Position numbers and translations under genes: made by a program. A DNA stretch of 64,000 nt, taken from NCBI GenBank assembly GCA_964535025.1, contig CAZHRW010000149.1:11932-75931 (forward strand). Direction: 5' to 3'. Every line of letters starts with the position of its first letter. The first letter of the stretch is position 1. This stretch comes from an uncultured Planctomycetales bacterium (GTDB lineage: Bacteria > Planctomycetota > Phycisphaerae > SM23-33 > FEN-1343). Positions 27,716 through 36,727 of this stretch are shown here, piece by piece. The notes below the pieces were generated by a model. That model worked only from the letters and a program-made list of their open reading frames with translations. It was not told where the DNA came from and did no database searches.

Positions 27716-27976
27716 CTACGTGCCGGTCCAGAAGGGGTTGGCGAACAGCAGGATCATCGAGACGACGAAGCAGTAGATGGCCGTCGACTCGACCATCGCC
27801 AGGCCGACGAACAGCGTCCGCGTGATCCGCCCGGCTTCGTCGGGCTGCTGGGCGATGGCCCGCAGCGCCTCGGCCAGGCCCCGCCCCTCGCCGAGGGCCG
27901 GGCCGATCGAGCCGATGCCGATCGTGATCCCGGCGGTGAAGATCGATACCATGGCGATCAGTGATTGTGGATCCAT
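27716..27976 (-). CDS. atpE: ATP synthase c subunit carrying the Na+-binding ligand set
   Basis: SIGPALGEG...AQQPDE...VESTAIY...ANPF aligns to the I. tartaricus c subunit. Gln in helix 1 and Glu-Ser-Thr / Tyr in helix 2 are all present. Confidence 0.9.
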   Translation of the reverse strand: MDPQSLIAMVSIFTAGITIGIGSIGPALGEGRGLAEALRAIAQQPDEAGRITRTLFVGLAMVESTAIYCFVVSMILLFANPFWTGT

Positions 27977-27989
27977 CGGCGTCTCCTTG

Positions 27990-28727
27990 TCAGGGGCCCG
28001 TTTGCTCGCTTGACGGCCCCGCGGCGGTTTGGGGTTTTTCGTGCGTTTTCTTCTGCACCTGGATGCCCGAGGCGATGTACACGGCGGCGAGGACGGCGAA
28101 GATGTACGCCTGCACCAGCCCGGTCAGCAGGCCCAGCAGCTGCATGAAGATCGGGAAGATGAACGGGGCGATCGCCACGAGGATGGCGACGACCTTCACC
28201 CCGCTCATGGCGTTGCCGAACAAGCGCACCGCCAGCGCCAGCGTGCGGGACAGCTCGCCCATGAGGTTGAACGGCAGCATCAGGGGCGTGGGGCTGATGT
28301 AGTGGCGGAAGTAGGTCTTGGGCCCCTCGGCGAGGATCCCGTAGATCGGCACCGCCAGGAACACGCAGATCGCCAGGCCCGCCGTCGTGGACAGCGACGC
28401 CGTCGGCGGCAGGTAGCCGGGGATGAGCGTCAGCGTGTTGGCCACGGCGATGAACAGGAACAGCGTCCCGACGAACGGGATGTAGGGCCCGGCCGGCTGG
28501 CGGGTGATCTCGCGGACCTGGTCGCGGATCGTCTCGACGATCATCTCCAGCAAGGCCTGCCGGCGGGGCGCCGTCGCGTCGGTGCGCAGACGGCGGGTCA
28601 GCAGATACGAGCCGATCACCATCACCGCCATCAGCGCCCACGTGTAGACGATGGTGGCGTTGAGTTTGAACGCGCCCCACGTCCAGAACACGATCTCGTC
28701 CGGCGAGATGGTTTCCAGGTCGCCCAC
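27990..28727 (-). CDS. atpB: ATP synthase a subunit
   Basis: Five-helix F0-a protein with the conserved Arg (LAVRLFGNAMSG). Confidence 0.85.
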   Translation of the reverse strand: MGDLETISPDEIVFWTWGAFKLNATIVYTWALMAVMVIGSYLLTRRLRTDATAPRRQALLEMIVETIRDQVREITRQPAGPYIPFVGTLFLFIAVANTLTLIPGYLPPTASLSTTAGLAICVFLAVPIYGILAEGPKTYFRHYISPTPLMLPFNLMGELSRTLALAVRLFGNAMSGVKVVAILVAIAPFIFPIFMQLLGLLTGLVQAYIFAVLAAVYIASGIQVQKKTHEKPQTAAGPSSEQTGP

Positions 28728-28728
28728 G

Positions 28729-29019
28729 TCAGCGTGTCTCCTTGTCCGGTTCGGTCCTCGCCCGCCGCAGGGCCGCGATCCGCACCAGCGTGAACCCCAC
28801 CAGCCCCGCCGCCGGCGGCTCCCACCGCCCGGGCCGTGCCAGCAGGTAGAAGATCGCCAGCAGCGCGCCCATTCGCACGACGAAGCTCGTCAGGAACAGC
28901 AGGGCCGGACGGCTCGTGACGGCCAGCCGTCGCGTCGTCCACCACAGCCCGCCGAGGAACACCGCCCCGGCGGTGGCCCCGGCGAACAGCCCCGTCACCA
29001 GCAGCGTCCAGCGGTCCAT
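28729..29019 (-). CDS. atpR: N-ATPase AtpR subunit (small membrane protein)
   Basis: 96 aa with two TM helices; LGGLWWTTRRLAVTSRPALLF carries the conserved Arg. Its position between atpQ and atpB is diagnostic. Confidence 0.7.
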   Translation of the reverse strand: MDRWTLLVTGLFAGATAGAVFLGGLWWTTRRLAVTSRPALLFLTSFVVRMGALLAIFYLLARPGRWEPPAAGLVGFTLVRIAALRRARTEPDKETR

Positions 29020-29031
29020 CCGTGCTCCTTG

Positions 29032-29343
29032 CTAGCGTCCTTCCGACTCGCGTTTGACCCAGTACCACGCCGTCAGGCAGCCGACGATCACGCCCATCCC
29101 CAGCCCCGTGAGCGTCCAGGAGATCCGTCCGCCCAGTTGCCGGTCGAGCCAGGCGCCGATCAGGGCGCCGACGACCGTGGGGATCGCCACCGACCAGCCG
29201 GCGACGCCCATCATGCCCAGCCAGAACCAGACGGAGCGATCGTCCTCCCGCCGGGCGCGGACCTTGCGCTGCTCCTTGTGCGTGACCGCGTCGCCGAAGC
29301 GGTTGTCGTCGCGTCCGTCGGTTGGCGACTGTCTGTCATCCAC
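29032..29343 (-). CDS. atpQ: N-ATPase AtpQ (AtpI/AtpZ-like small membrane protein)
   Basis: 103 aa, two or three TM helices; sits between atpC and atpR. Confidence 0.6.
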   Translation of the reverse strand: MDDRQSPTDGRDDNRFGDAVTHKEQRKVRARREDDRSVWFWLGMMGVAGWSVAIPTVVGALIGAWLDRQLGGRISWTLTGLGMGVIVGCLTAWYWVKRESEGR

Positions 29344-29722
29344 GGTGTTCCAGCTCGATAAAGCGTCGGATGAAGTCGGCCTGCATCTTCTCCGACGCGG
29401 CGATCGCCTGCTGCTGATGCTCGCTGAGGCGTCGGAAGTCCTCCTCGGCCGCCTCCCGCAGCCTGCCCAGGGCCCCGCGGACCGCCCGCGGGGTCGACAC
29501 CCGCACGTCGCCGCCGCACTTGACCAGCACGCCGCCGTCGATCGCCAGGAACGTCTCGTCCCCGTCGGCCGTGCGGAAGCTCAACAGCCCCGGCCCCAGC
29601 GCCGACACCAGGTCCACGTGCCGCTCCAGCAGGGTGAACGACCCCTCGGCGCCGTCGGCCGTCACGGCGGCGACGTCCTGGTCGACCTCGACACGCGTCG
29701 GCAGCAGGACCTGAAGATGCAT
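29336..29722 (-). CDS. atpC: ATP synthase epsilon subunit
   Basis: MHLQVLLPTRVEVDQDVAAVTA... is the epsilon beta-sandwich N-terminus, followed by a C-terminal helical hairpin. Confidence 0.85.
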   Translation of the reverse strand: MHLQVLLPTRVEVDQDVAAVTADGAEGSFTLLERHVDLVSALGPGLLSFRTADGDETFLAIDGGVLVKCGGDVRVSTPRAVRGALGRLREAAEEDFRRLSEHQQQAIAASEKMQADFIRRFIELEHRG

Positions 29723-29748
29723 GGCTTCTCGCTTGCCGGGCTTCGGGG

Positions 29749-29925
29749 CCCGGCTAAATTCTGTCGCCCCTTTGGGGCTTTGTGCGTAAACGGCGCTCCT
29801 GTCCGGGGACTGGCGCCCCCGGCTAAACTCTGTTGCCCCTTTCGGGGCTTTGTGCGTAAACGGCGCTCCTGTCCGGGGGCTGGCGCCCCCGGCTAAACTC
29901 TGTCGCCCCTTTGGGGCTTTGTCCC
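29749..29925. repeat. 70-bp tandem repeat (about 2.5 copies) inside the 388-bp atpD-atpC spacer; each unit contains CCGGGG(G/A)CTGGCGCCCCCGG
   Basis: Units begin at 29749, 29819 and 29889 (period 70, over 90% identical). Followed at 29956-29975 by the inverted partner CCGGGGGCGCCAGCCCCCGG. Extra direct repeats CAGCCCCGGAGGGGCGG lie at about 29930 and about 29998. Confidence 0.85.
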
Positions 29926-30109
29926 CGTCAGCCCCGGAGGGGCGGCGGAATTTTGCCGGGGGCGCCAGCCCCCGGAAAACGGCTTACGAACACGAGCCAG
30001 CCCCGGAGGGGCGGCATACGTTCCAAGGGGGCGTCAGCCCCCGCCCATCGTCTCCTTTCGTCGCCGCACGCTTGCGTCAAGGGCGGCCCGGGCGCGCGCG
30101 CCGGCTGAA

Positions 30110-31600
<1,491 letters not shown>

Positions 31601-31996
31601 TCAGGCTGGCCGCCGGGGCGGCTTGGCGCCCGGGGCGTGCTCGCGGCAGAACCGCGACCAGGGCTGGGCGGTCAGCCGCTGGAGGTCGATCGCCTTGCCG
31701 CACGTCTCGCAGCGGCCGTACGTCCCGTCTTCCATCCGCCGCAGGGCCTCGTCGATCTCGTAGACCAGGTCCCGCTCGATCTGGGCGAGCTGCTTGGCGG
31801 TGGCCCGCCCGTGCTCGTCGGTGCCCTCGTCGGCCGGGTGGGTCGGCAGGCGGGTGTGCATGTCGCCGCCGCCGGCGCTCCAGCCGGGCTGGTCGTCGTC
31901 GACCTGGCGAAAATCGCCGGTGATCTCGCGGCGGTGTTGCAGCAGCGCCTCGCGCAGCGTCCCGAGCTGCTTGCGATTCAATGGCGTCCGACGCAT
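31601..31996 (-). CDS. DksA/TraR family C4-type zinc-finger protein
   Basis: C-terminal CETCGKAIDLQRLTAQPWSRFC four-Cys finger. GAGGAG RBS before the chosen ATG. Confidence 0.7.
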   Translation of the reverse strand: MRRTPLNRKQLGTLREALLQHRREITGDFRQVDDDQPGWSAGGGDMHTRLPTHPADEGTDEHGRATAKQLAQIERDLVYEIDEALRRMEDGTYGRCETCGKAIDLQRLTAQPWSRFCREHAPGAKPPRRPA

Positions 31997-32287
31997 GGGT
32001 CGCTCCTCGCGCGGCCGGCGGCGCCCCGAGGGCATCCCCGCCGCCGCGTCACAGGGAAGGGTATGCTACTTGCCACCTGAATGCTTTTCAAACGTCTCTT
32101 TCGCTTAGGACCACGGCACCTTTCCCGCCATGATCCACGCGCCTTCCTCGCCGGCCGCCGCCGCTAACCCATCGTTCGGGTTCGATCCGGTCGCGGGCCA
32201 TAGAATTCAAAGGACGGCATGGGCACAAGGCGCGTCGGCTGCCGCCCGGCGGCAGCGGCGGCCGCGACCAGCGACAGGGAGCGAACG

Positions 32288-32722
32288 ATGAGCCAGTTAC
32301 GCACATTGGGCTTCTTCGAAGCGGTGATCCAGACGACCCAGGAATGGATGGTCGAGCTGACCGAGCTGACCGGCCGCGCCGACGAACACAAGGCCTGGCA
32401 GATGCTCCGGGCCGTGCTGCACGTCCTGCGGGACCGGATGACCGTCGCCCACAGCGCCCACCTCAGCGCGCAACTGCCGACGATCATCCGGGGCCTGTAC
32501 TTCGAGGGCTGGCGGCCGGCCGAGCAGCCGCTCCGCCTGCGCACCCGCGCCGAGTTCATCACGGCGGTCAGCGACGAGTTGTCCGGCCACCCGGAGATCG
32601 ACCCCAACCAGGCCGTCGCCTGCGTCTTCCGGCTCCTGGCCCACCGCATCACCGGCGGCGAGCTGGACAAGATCAAGCAGTCGCTCCAGCCGGAGCTGCG
32701 GGCGATGTGGCCGACGGCGTGA
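32288..32722 (+). CDS. DUF2267 domain protein
   Basis: C-terminal GELDKIKQSLQPELRAMWP pattern typical of DUF2267. GGGAG RBS. Confidence 0.6.
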   Translation: MSQLRTLGFFEAVIQTTQEWMVELTELTGRADEHKAWQMLRAVLHVLRDRMTVAHSAHLSAQLPTIIRGLYFEGWRPAEQPLRLRTRAEFITAVSDELSGHPEIDPNQAVACVFRLLAHRITGGELDKIKQSLQPELRAMWPTA

Positions 32723-32855
32723 ACGGCGAATATCGAATATCGAACAAGGAATATCGAATATCGAAGTAGGCTGTCGCCCCAGGGCGCGTCAGCGGTCGTT
32801 GGCCGTTTGACTTCGACATTCGATATTCCTTGTTCAGTATTCGATATTCGCCGTT
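32722..32855. repeat. Long AT-rich imperfect inverted repeat (45-bp arms, about 42/45 complementary, 44-nt loop) built from GAATATCGAA units; candidate bidirectional terminator or processing hairpin
   Basis: Left arm AACGGCGAATATCGAATATCGAACAAGGAATATCGAATATCGAAG; right arm CTTCGACATTCGATATTCCTTGTTCAGTATTCGATATTCGCCGTT. Lies between the convergent DUF2267 and MarC genes. Confidence 0.6.
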
Positions 32856-32860
32856 TGACA

Positions 32861-33463
32861 TCACCCGAACGCGAGCTTCGCCCCCGTAATAAGCATCTCG
32901 ACGGCGACGGCGACGAGGATCATGCCCATGAGCCGTTCGACGGCGACGAGGACGCGTTCACCGAGCAGCCGCCGCAGCAGGGGGGCGCTGAGGAAGCTGA
33001 CCAGCGCGACGGCCCACGCCGCCAGCAGGGCCGCGGCCCAGACGGCCAGGCGGTCGGGCCAGCGGGCGGCCATGAGCATCAGCGTGGCCATCGTGCTGGG
33101 CCCGGCGATCAGCGGCAGGGCGATCGGCACGATCATTGCTTCGCCCTCCTCGCCGCCGCAGGTCATGTCGCCCGCGCCGCCGGGGCGGCCGGGGAAGATC
33201 ATCCGGATCGCCACGATGAACAACACCACGCCCCCGGCGGCGCTGAGCGACGCCTGGCTGATGTGCATCGCCCGCATGATCTGATCGCCGGCCACCAGGA
33301 ACACCCCCAGCACGGCCAGGGCGATCAGCCCCTCCCGCAGGATCACCCACCGATACCGCCACCGCTGACCCTCCCCGTGCGGGACCAGCGCGAGGATCAC
33401 CGGAATCGACCCGAACGGGTCGATCACCAGGCACAACGTGATGAACGCCGAGACGAAGGACAT
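32861..33463 (-). CDS. MarC family (UPF0056) integral membrane protein
   Basis: Six TM helices; N-terminal FVSAFITLCLVIDPFGSIPV motif of the MarC/NAAT family. Confidence 0.8.
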   Translation of the reverse strand: MSFVSAFITLCLVIDPFGSIPVILALVPHGEGQRWRYRWVILREGLIALAVLGVFLVAGDQIMRAMHISQASLSAAGGVVLFIVAIRMIFPGRPGGAGDMTCGGEEGEAMIVPIALPLIAGPSTMATLMLMAARWPDRLAVWAAALLAAWAVALVSFLSAPLLRRLLGERVLVAVERLMGMILVAVAVEMLITGAKLAFG

Positions 33464-33548
33464 CGTTCTTTTGAGACCTGAGACGTGAGACCTGAGGCCT
33501 GAGGTACGGCGAGGGCACCCCAAGCTTCACGTCTCAGGCCTGTCTTCC

Positions 33549-34685
33549 TCAGTGATTCTTCGCCCACTTCGCCTTCATTCGCTTCATTTCGTTATTCAGC
33601 GGGACGGGCTTGCCGGGGCACTGTTTGCGTTTTTCGACGCGCCAGCGGCCGTCGTCGTCCTTGCGGACGGGCAGGCGCTTGGCGACGGGGGGGACGCGGC
33701 AGGCGGCGGCGGGCTCGCGGGCGTACCAGTAGGCGACCGAGGCCATCTCGTTGGCCAGGTGGTTGCCGTGCCCGTGCTCGAGGGTGACCTTGATCTCGCG
33801 GGTGAACCGCACCGGGTTCTCCAGGTGGTGGACGTAGGAGGTCTGGTAGCCGCCGGTGTCGGCTTCGTGGAGGCTCGAGCCGTTGCGGGCGAAGGCGTTG
33901 GGCTGCATGCCCCAGGCCTGGTTGAAATAGTCTTCGCTGCCGGTGCCGTGCAGGTCGGGCGGCCACTTGTAGCCGTCCACCCAGATCATGTCGTCGCCCT
34001 CACCCCACCAGGTGCCCTGGAAGTTGGTCACCGAGAGGTTGCAGCCGATGTAATGGCCGGCCCCGCGGGTGTCGAGGATGACGTAGTTGTTCTCCCAGGC
34101 GAGCCGTCCGGCGTTGACGATGTCGGCTTGGGGGGTGTTGACGCGGATCTCGTGGCCCCAGCCGCCGAAGGGGTTGGCGCGGCGGAACTCGGCGTGGAAA
34201 TAGCCCGCGTCGTCGCCGAGCGCCTCGAGGGTCTCGTAATCGATGTAAAAGTACTGTCCCTGATCGGTGTCGCCCTCGTTGATCAGCTCGATCACGGCCC
34301 GCTCGCGGAAGGGCATCGGCGCGTAGCAGTTGAGGGCGCAGCCGGTGTTGAACTGGTTGTTGCGGCTGGTGGAGGCGGTGAACAGCAGCGACTGGTAGGA
34401 GTTGACCAGCCCGTGGCCGAGGCCGAAGAAGTCGCCCAGGGGCACCAGGACGCTGGGGCGTTTGGCGTTGTCCCAGGTGAACTTCAGCAGGCACTGGCGG
34501 TAGCCGGCCCGCTGGGTCATCCACAGGTGCGTGATCCGCCCCGGTCCGGCCAGGTCCGCCAGCACGCGGGATTCGCCGGCCGGGATGATCCAGCGGTCGG
34601 CGTTCCGCCCGGTGGTGTCCCACGACGAAACCCGCCGCGTGCGACGCGAGGGGTCGATGCGTGTCAGTGCGTTCAGGTCGACCAT
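33549..34685 (-). CDS. DUF2961 / glycoside hydrolase family 172-like protein
   Basis: About 380-aa beta-rich protein of this family. Start at the ATG after GAGGAAAGG. Family assignment is by overall pattern only. Confidence 0.55.
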   Translation of the reverse strand: MVDLNALTRIDPSRRTRRVSSWDTTGRNADRWIIPAGESRVLADLAGPGRITHLWMTQRAGYRQCLLKFTWDNAKRPSVLVPLGDFFGLGHGLVNSYQSLLFTASTSRNNQFNTGCALNCYAPMPFRERAVIELINEGDTDQGQYFYIDYETLEALGDDAGYFHAEFRRANPFGGWGHEIRVNTPQADIVNAGRLAWENNYVILDTRGAGHYIGCNLSVTNFQGTWWGEGDDMIWVDGYKWPPDLHGTGSEDYFNQAWGMQPNAFARNGSSLHEADTGGYQTSYVHHLENPVRFTREIKVTLEHGHGNHLANEMASVAYWYAREPAAACRVPPVAKRLPVRKDDDGRWRVEKRKQCPGKPVPLNNEMKRMKAKWAKNH

Positions 34686-34789
34686 GATCGCCTTTCCTCG
34701 AAAGCCCGCCATTGTCCGCGGGCGCCCCGGCGTTTGCGCGCACGGCGATTCTACAAGGTGGGCCGCCGGCCGCAAGGGGGCGCCGGACC

Positions 34790-35626
34790 TTACCGGGCCG
34801 TCCGTCGTCCGACGCTGTCCGACCGGTCCGACCGGTCCGACTTGTCCGACGCGTCCGACTTGTCCGACTTGTCCGACGCGTCTGGTGGGTCCGACGCCTC
34901 CCGGATCCCCTTACACTGGGGATACCCCGAGCAGCCCCAGAATGCCTTGCCGGCGTGAGGGCCCTGCTTGGCGGTGCGCCGGCGCATCGGCTTGCCGCAC
35001 AGCGGGCAGGCGGGCGCATCCGCGGCGGCGTGGCGCGCTTCGGTCCGGGCGGCATGGAGGCGCTCGGTGAAGCCGCCCTGGTCGAGGAACTGGCGGCTCT
35101 GGGCTTCGATCTGCCGCCGCAGGAGATAGGCGGCCTGGTTCACGGCGCACAGCATGGCGTTCGCGGCCAGTTCCGCCTCGGCCTCGGCGACGAACGCCGC
35201 CAGGCCCGCCAGGCCCGTCAGGCGGATCGTCCCCGGCGTCGCCGGCGGGAGGTCGGGCGCGGCATCGTGTTTGAGCCGTTCCCGCATGGCGAGGGCCTGG
35301 GGCGACTCCTTGGGCCAGACCCGCAGGCCGTGCTGGAGGAGAAAAGTCCGATAGTCCTTGAGCAGTTCATCGGAGAGGCTGGCTCGCGCGACATTCGTGA
35401 GCTTCATCTCGGCCTTGCGGCTCGTGGCCGCGGCGCCGATGGCCTCGCTGATATTCCGCACCCCGCTCCGCGCCGCCTGAACCATCTGATCGTGCGTCCG
35501 CGACCGCTTCTCGATGAAACGATCGCAGAACACGACCGTCGCATCGTAAACGGCCTCGGCCACCTTGTAACTGCGAAGCCGCTCATAGCCCCCGTGCGGC
35601 AAGAGGACGGACTCATCGCTGGCCAT
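34790..35626 (-). CDS. Four-helix-bundle protein (Avd / 23S rRNA IVS family) fused to a helical suffix domain, a topoisomerase-type C4 zinc ribbon and a C-terminal Ser-Asp repeat tail
   Basis: N-terminus YKVAEAVYDATVVFCDRFIEKRSRTHDQMVQAARSGVRNISEAIG matches the four-helix-bundle family. CPLCGKPMRRRTAKQGPHAGKAFWGCSGYPQC is a Topo-I-type Zn ribbon. The tail SDPPDASDKSDKSDASDKSDRSDRSD is encoded by the GTCCGAC array. ATG start follows AGGGGAGCA; the track start is a TTG. Confidence 0.7.
   Translation of the reverse strand: MASDESVLLPHGGYERLRSYKVAEAVYDATVVFCDRFIEKRSRTHDQMVQAARSGVRNISEAIGAAATSRKAEMKLTNVARASLSDELLKDYRTFLLQHGLRVWPKESPQALAMRERLKHDAAPDLPPATPGTIRLTGLAGLAAFVAEAEAELAANAMLCAVNQAAYLLRRQIEAQSRQFLDQGGFTERLHAARTEARHAAADAPACPLCGKPMRRRTAKQGPHAGKAFWGCSGYPQCKGIREASDPPDASDKSDKSDASDKSDRSDRSDSVGRRTAR
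34807..34895. repeat. Array C: nine GTCCGAC heptamers at 9-10 bp phasing (inside the 3' end of the CDS; encodes the SD-x repeats)
   Basis: Counted directly: GTCCGAC gct GTCCGAC cg GTCCGAC cg GTCCGAC tt ... . Confidence 0.9.
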
Positions 35627-35671
35627 GGTAGTGCTCCCCTGCGTTTCCAAAGGTCAAGGACGGATCGACCT

Positions 35672-35753
35672 GTCGGACGGCGTCAGACGGGTCGGACAGG
35701 TCAGATGGGTCTGACGGTGTCGGACAGGTCAGACAGGTCCGACAATGTCGGAC
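35672..35753. repeat. Array A: nine GTC(N)GAC palindromic heptamers (mostly GTCGGAC/GTCAGAC) at 9-10 bp phasing, upstream of the four-helix-bundle gene
   Basis: Counted directly; opposite orientation bias to arrays B and C. Confidence 0.9.
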
Positions 35754-35861
35754 GATTTGGGCTCACGCGGCCCATCGGATATTGGACCCCTGCGGGGGAC
35801 ACCTGTCAAGCCGCGCCATAGCGGAAAAACCGCCCCCGAATCGTCCACGCGAGTCTCTGCT

Positions 35862-36016
35862 GTCCGACGCTGTCTGACCGGTCGGACGAGTCCGACCTGT
35901 CCGACGCCGTCTGACGCGTCAGACGAGTCCGACCCGTCCGACGCCGTCTGAGCCGTCAGACGAGTCCGACCCGTCCGACGCTGTCTGACCTGTCTGACGA
36001 GTCCGACCTGTCCGAC
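35862..36016. repeat. Array B: seventeen GTC(N)GAC heptamers with a regular 3-2-2-2 nt spacer pattern (37-bp supra-unit; one 36-bp block duplicated)
   Basis: Counted directly. The central base N is A, C, G or T. Not frame-preserving (supra-period 37). Confidence 0.9.
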
Positions 36017-36099
36017 GCCGTCCGTGCGGCGCGGCCGCCACCAATGGCTATAATAGCCAAATAAGGCCGCGCGTTCACGCTCGCGAGGGCGCGATGAAC

Positions 36100-36470
36100 A
36101 AAATGAAAGCAAACCACAACAAAATACGGCCGGCGCTCAATAAAATGAAGGCAGCGTTAAACAATGTGCACGACCGGCCCAATAAACTGACATATTCCCC
36201 CAATAAAAGAAAGCCCCGAGTCGCCCCGTGCGCGCCCCGGGGGTCTGGGTAAGCTGGGTAAAATATCCGAGAATTCGGGTTTTATGCCGGATGCAAGGCG
36301 CGCGCATCTATGTGGGGACAGGATATGAGAAAAAACCCCTCGGACGCACCCTCCGGCGTTAAGCTGGGCAAGCTGGGGGCTCTGCGGCGTCGCGGCGCCC
36401 GGAGAATTCGGGTTTTATGCCGTTAAACTGGGTAAGATACCGGAGAATTCCGGTTTTATGCCGTCTCGAT
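36100..36470. repeat. AT-rich noncoding island with several direct-repeat families: CAATAAA-type repeats, AAGCTGGGTAA-type repeats, and three copies of a 23-bp element CCG(R)GAATTC(S)GGTTTTATGCCG (short hairpin plus T-tract)
   Basis: Copies at about 36267-36289, 36398-36422 and 36439-36463. Local GC is far below the 70% background. No ORF with protein-like composition. Confidence 0.7.
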
Positions 36471-36727
36471 GCCGTCAAAACGGCCGAAAACGAGGAGCAT
36501 TTTCGAGTATCCTGTCACTGAATGCGGGGGAGCTGGACGGGGCCGACCGGGGCGGCGGGGCCGTCCGGGTCTCGGCGCCGCTCGAAGGCCCCGGCACGGC
36601 CGGCCGGGCAGAAGGGCCGCCGCGGGCGGGCCCTTGCATTGGACGGGCGTTGAGGGTACGAGGGGCCTTCACCCAACGAAGGGCCGCGACGGCGGCCGGG
36701 GCGGACCCCGGGCGCGGCGCGGCTAAC

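Noticed and set aside
34800-36020. Considered whether the short-repeat arrays could be a CRISPR array.
   Set aside because: Repeat unit is only 7 bp with 2-3 nt spacers, there are no unique spacers and no cas genes. One array is inside a CDS encoding SD repeats.
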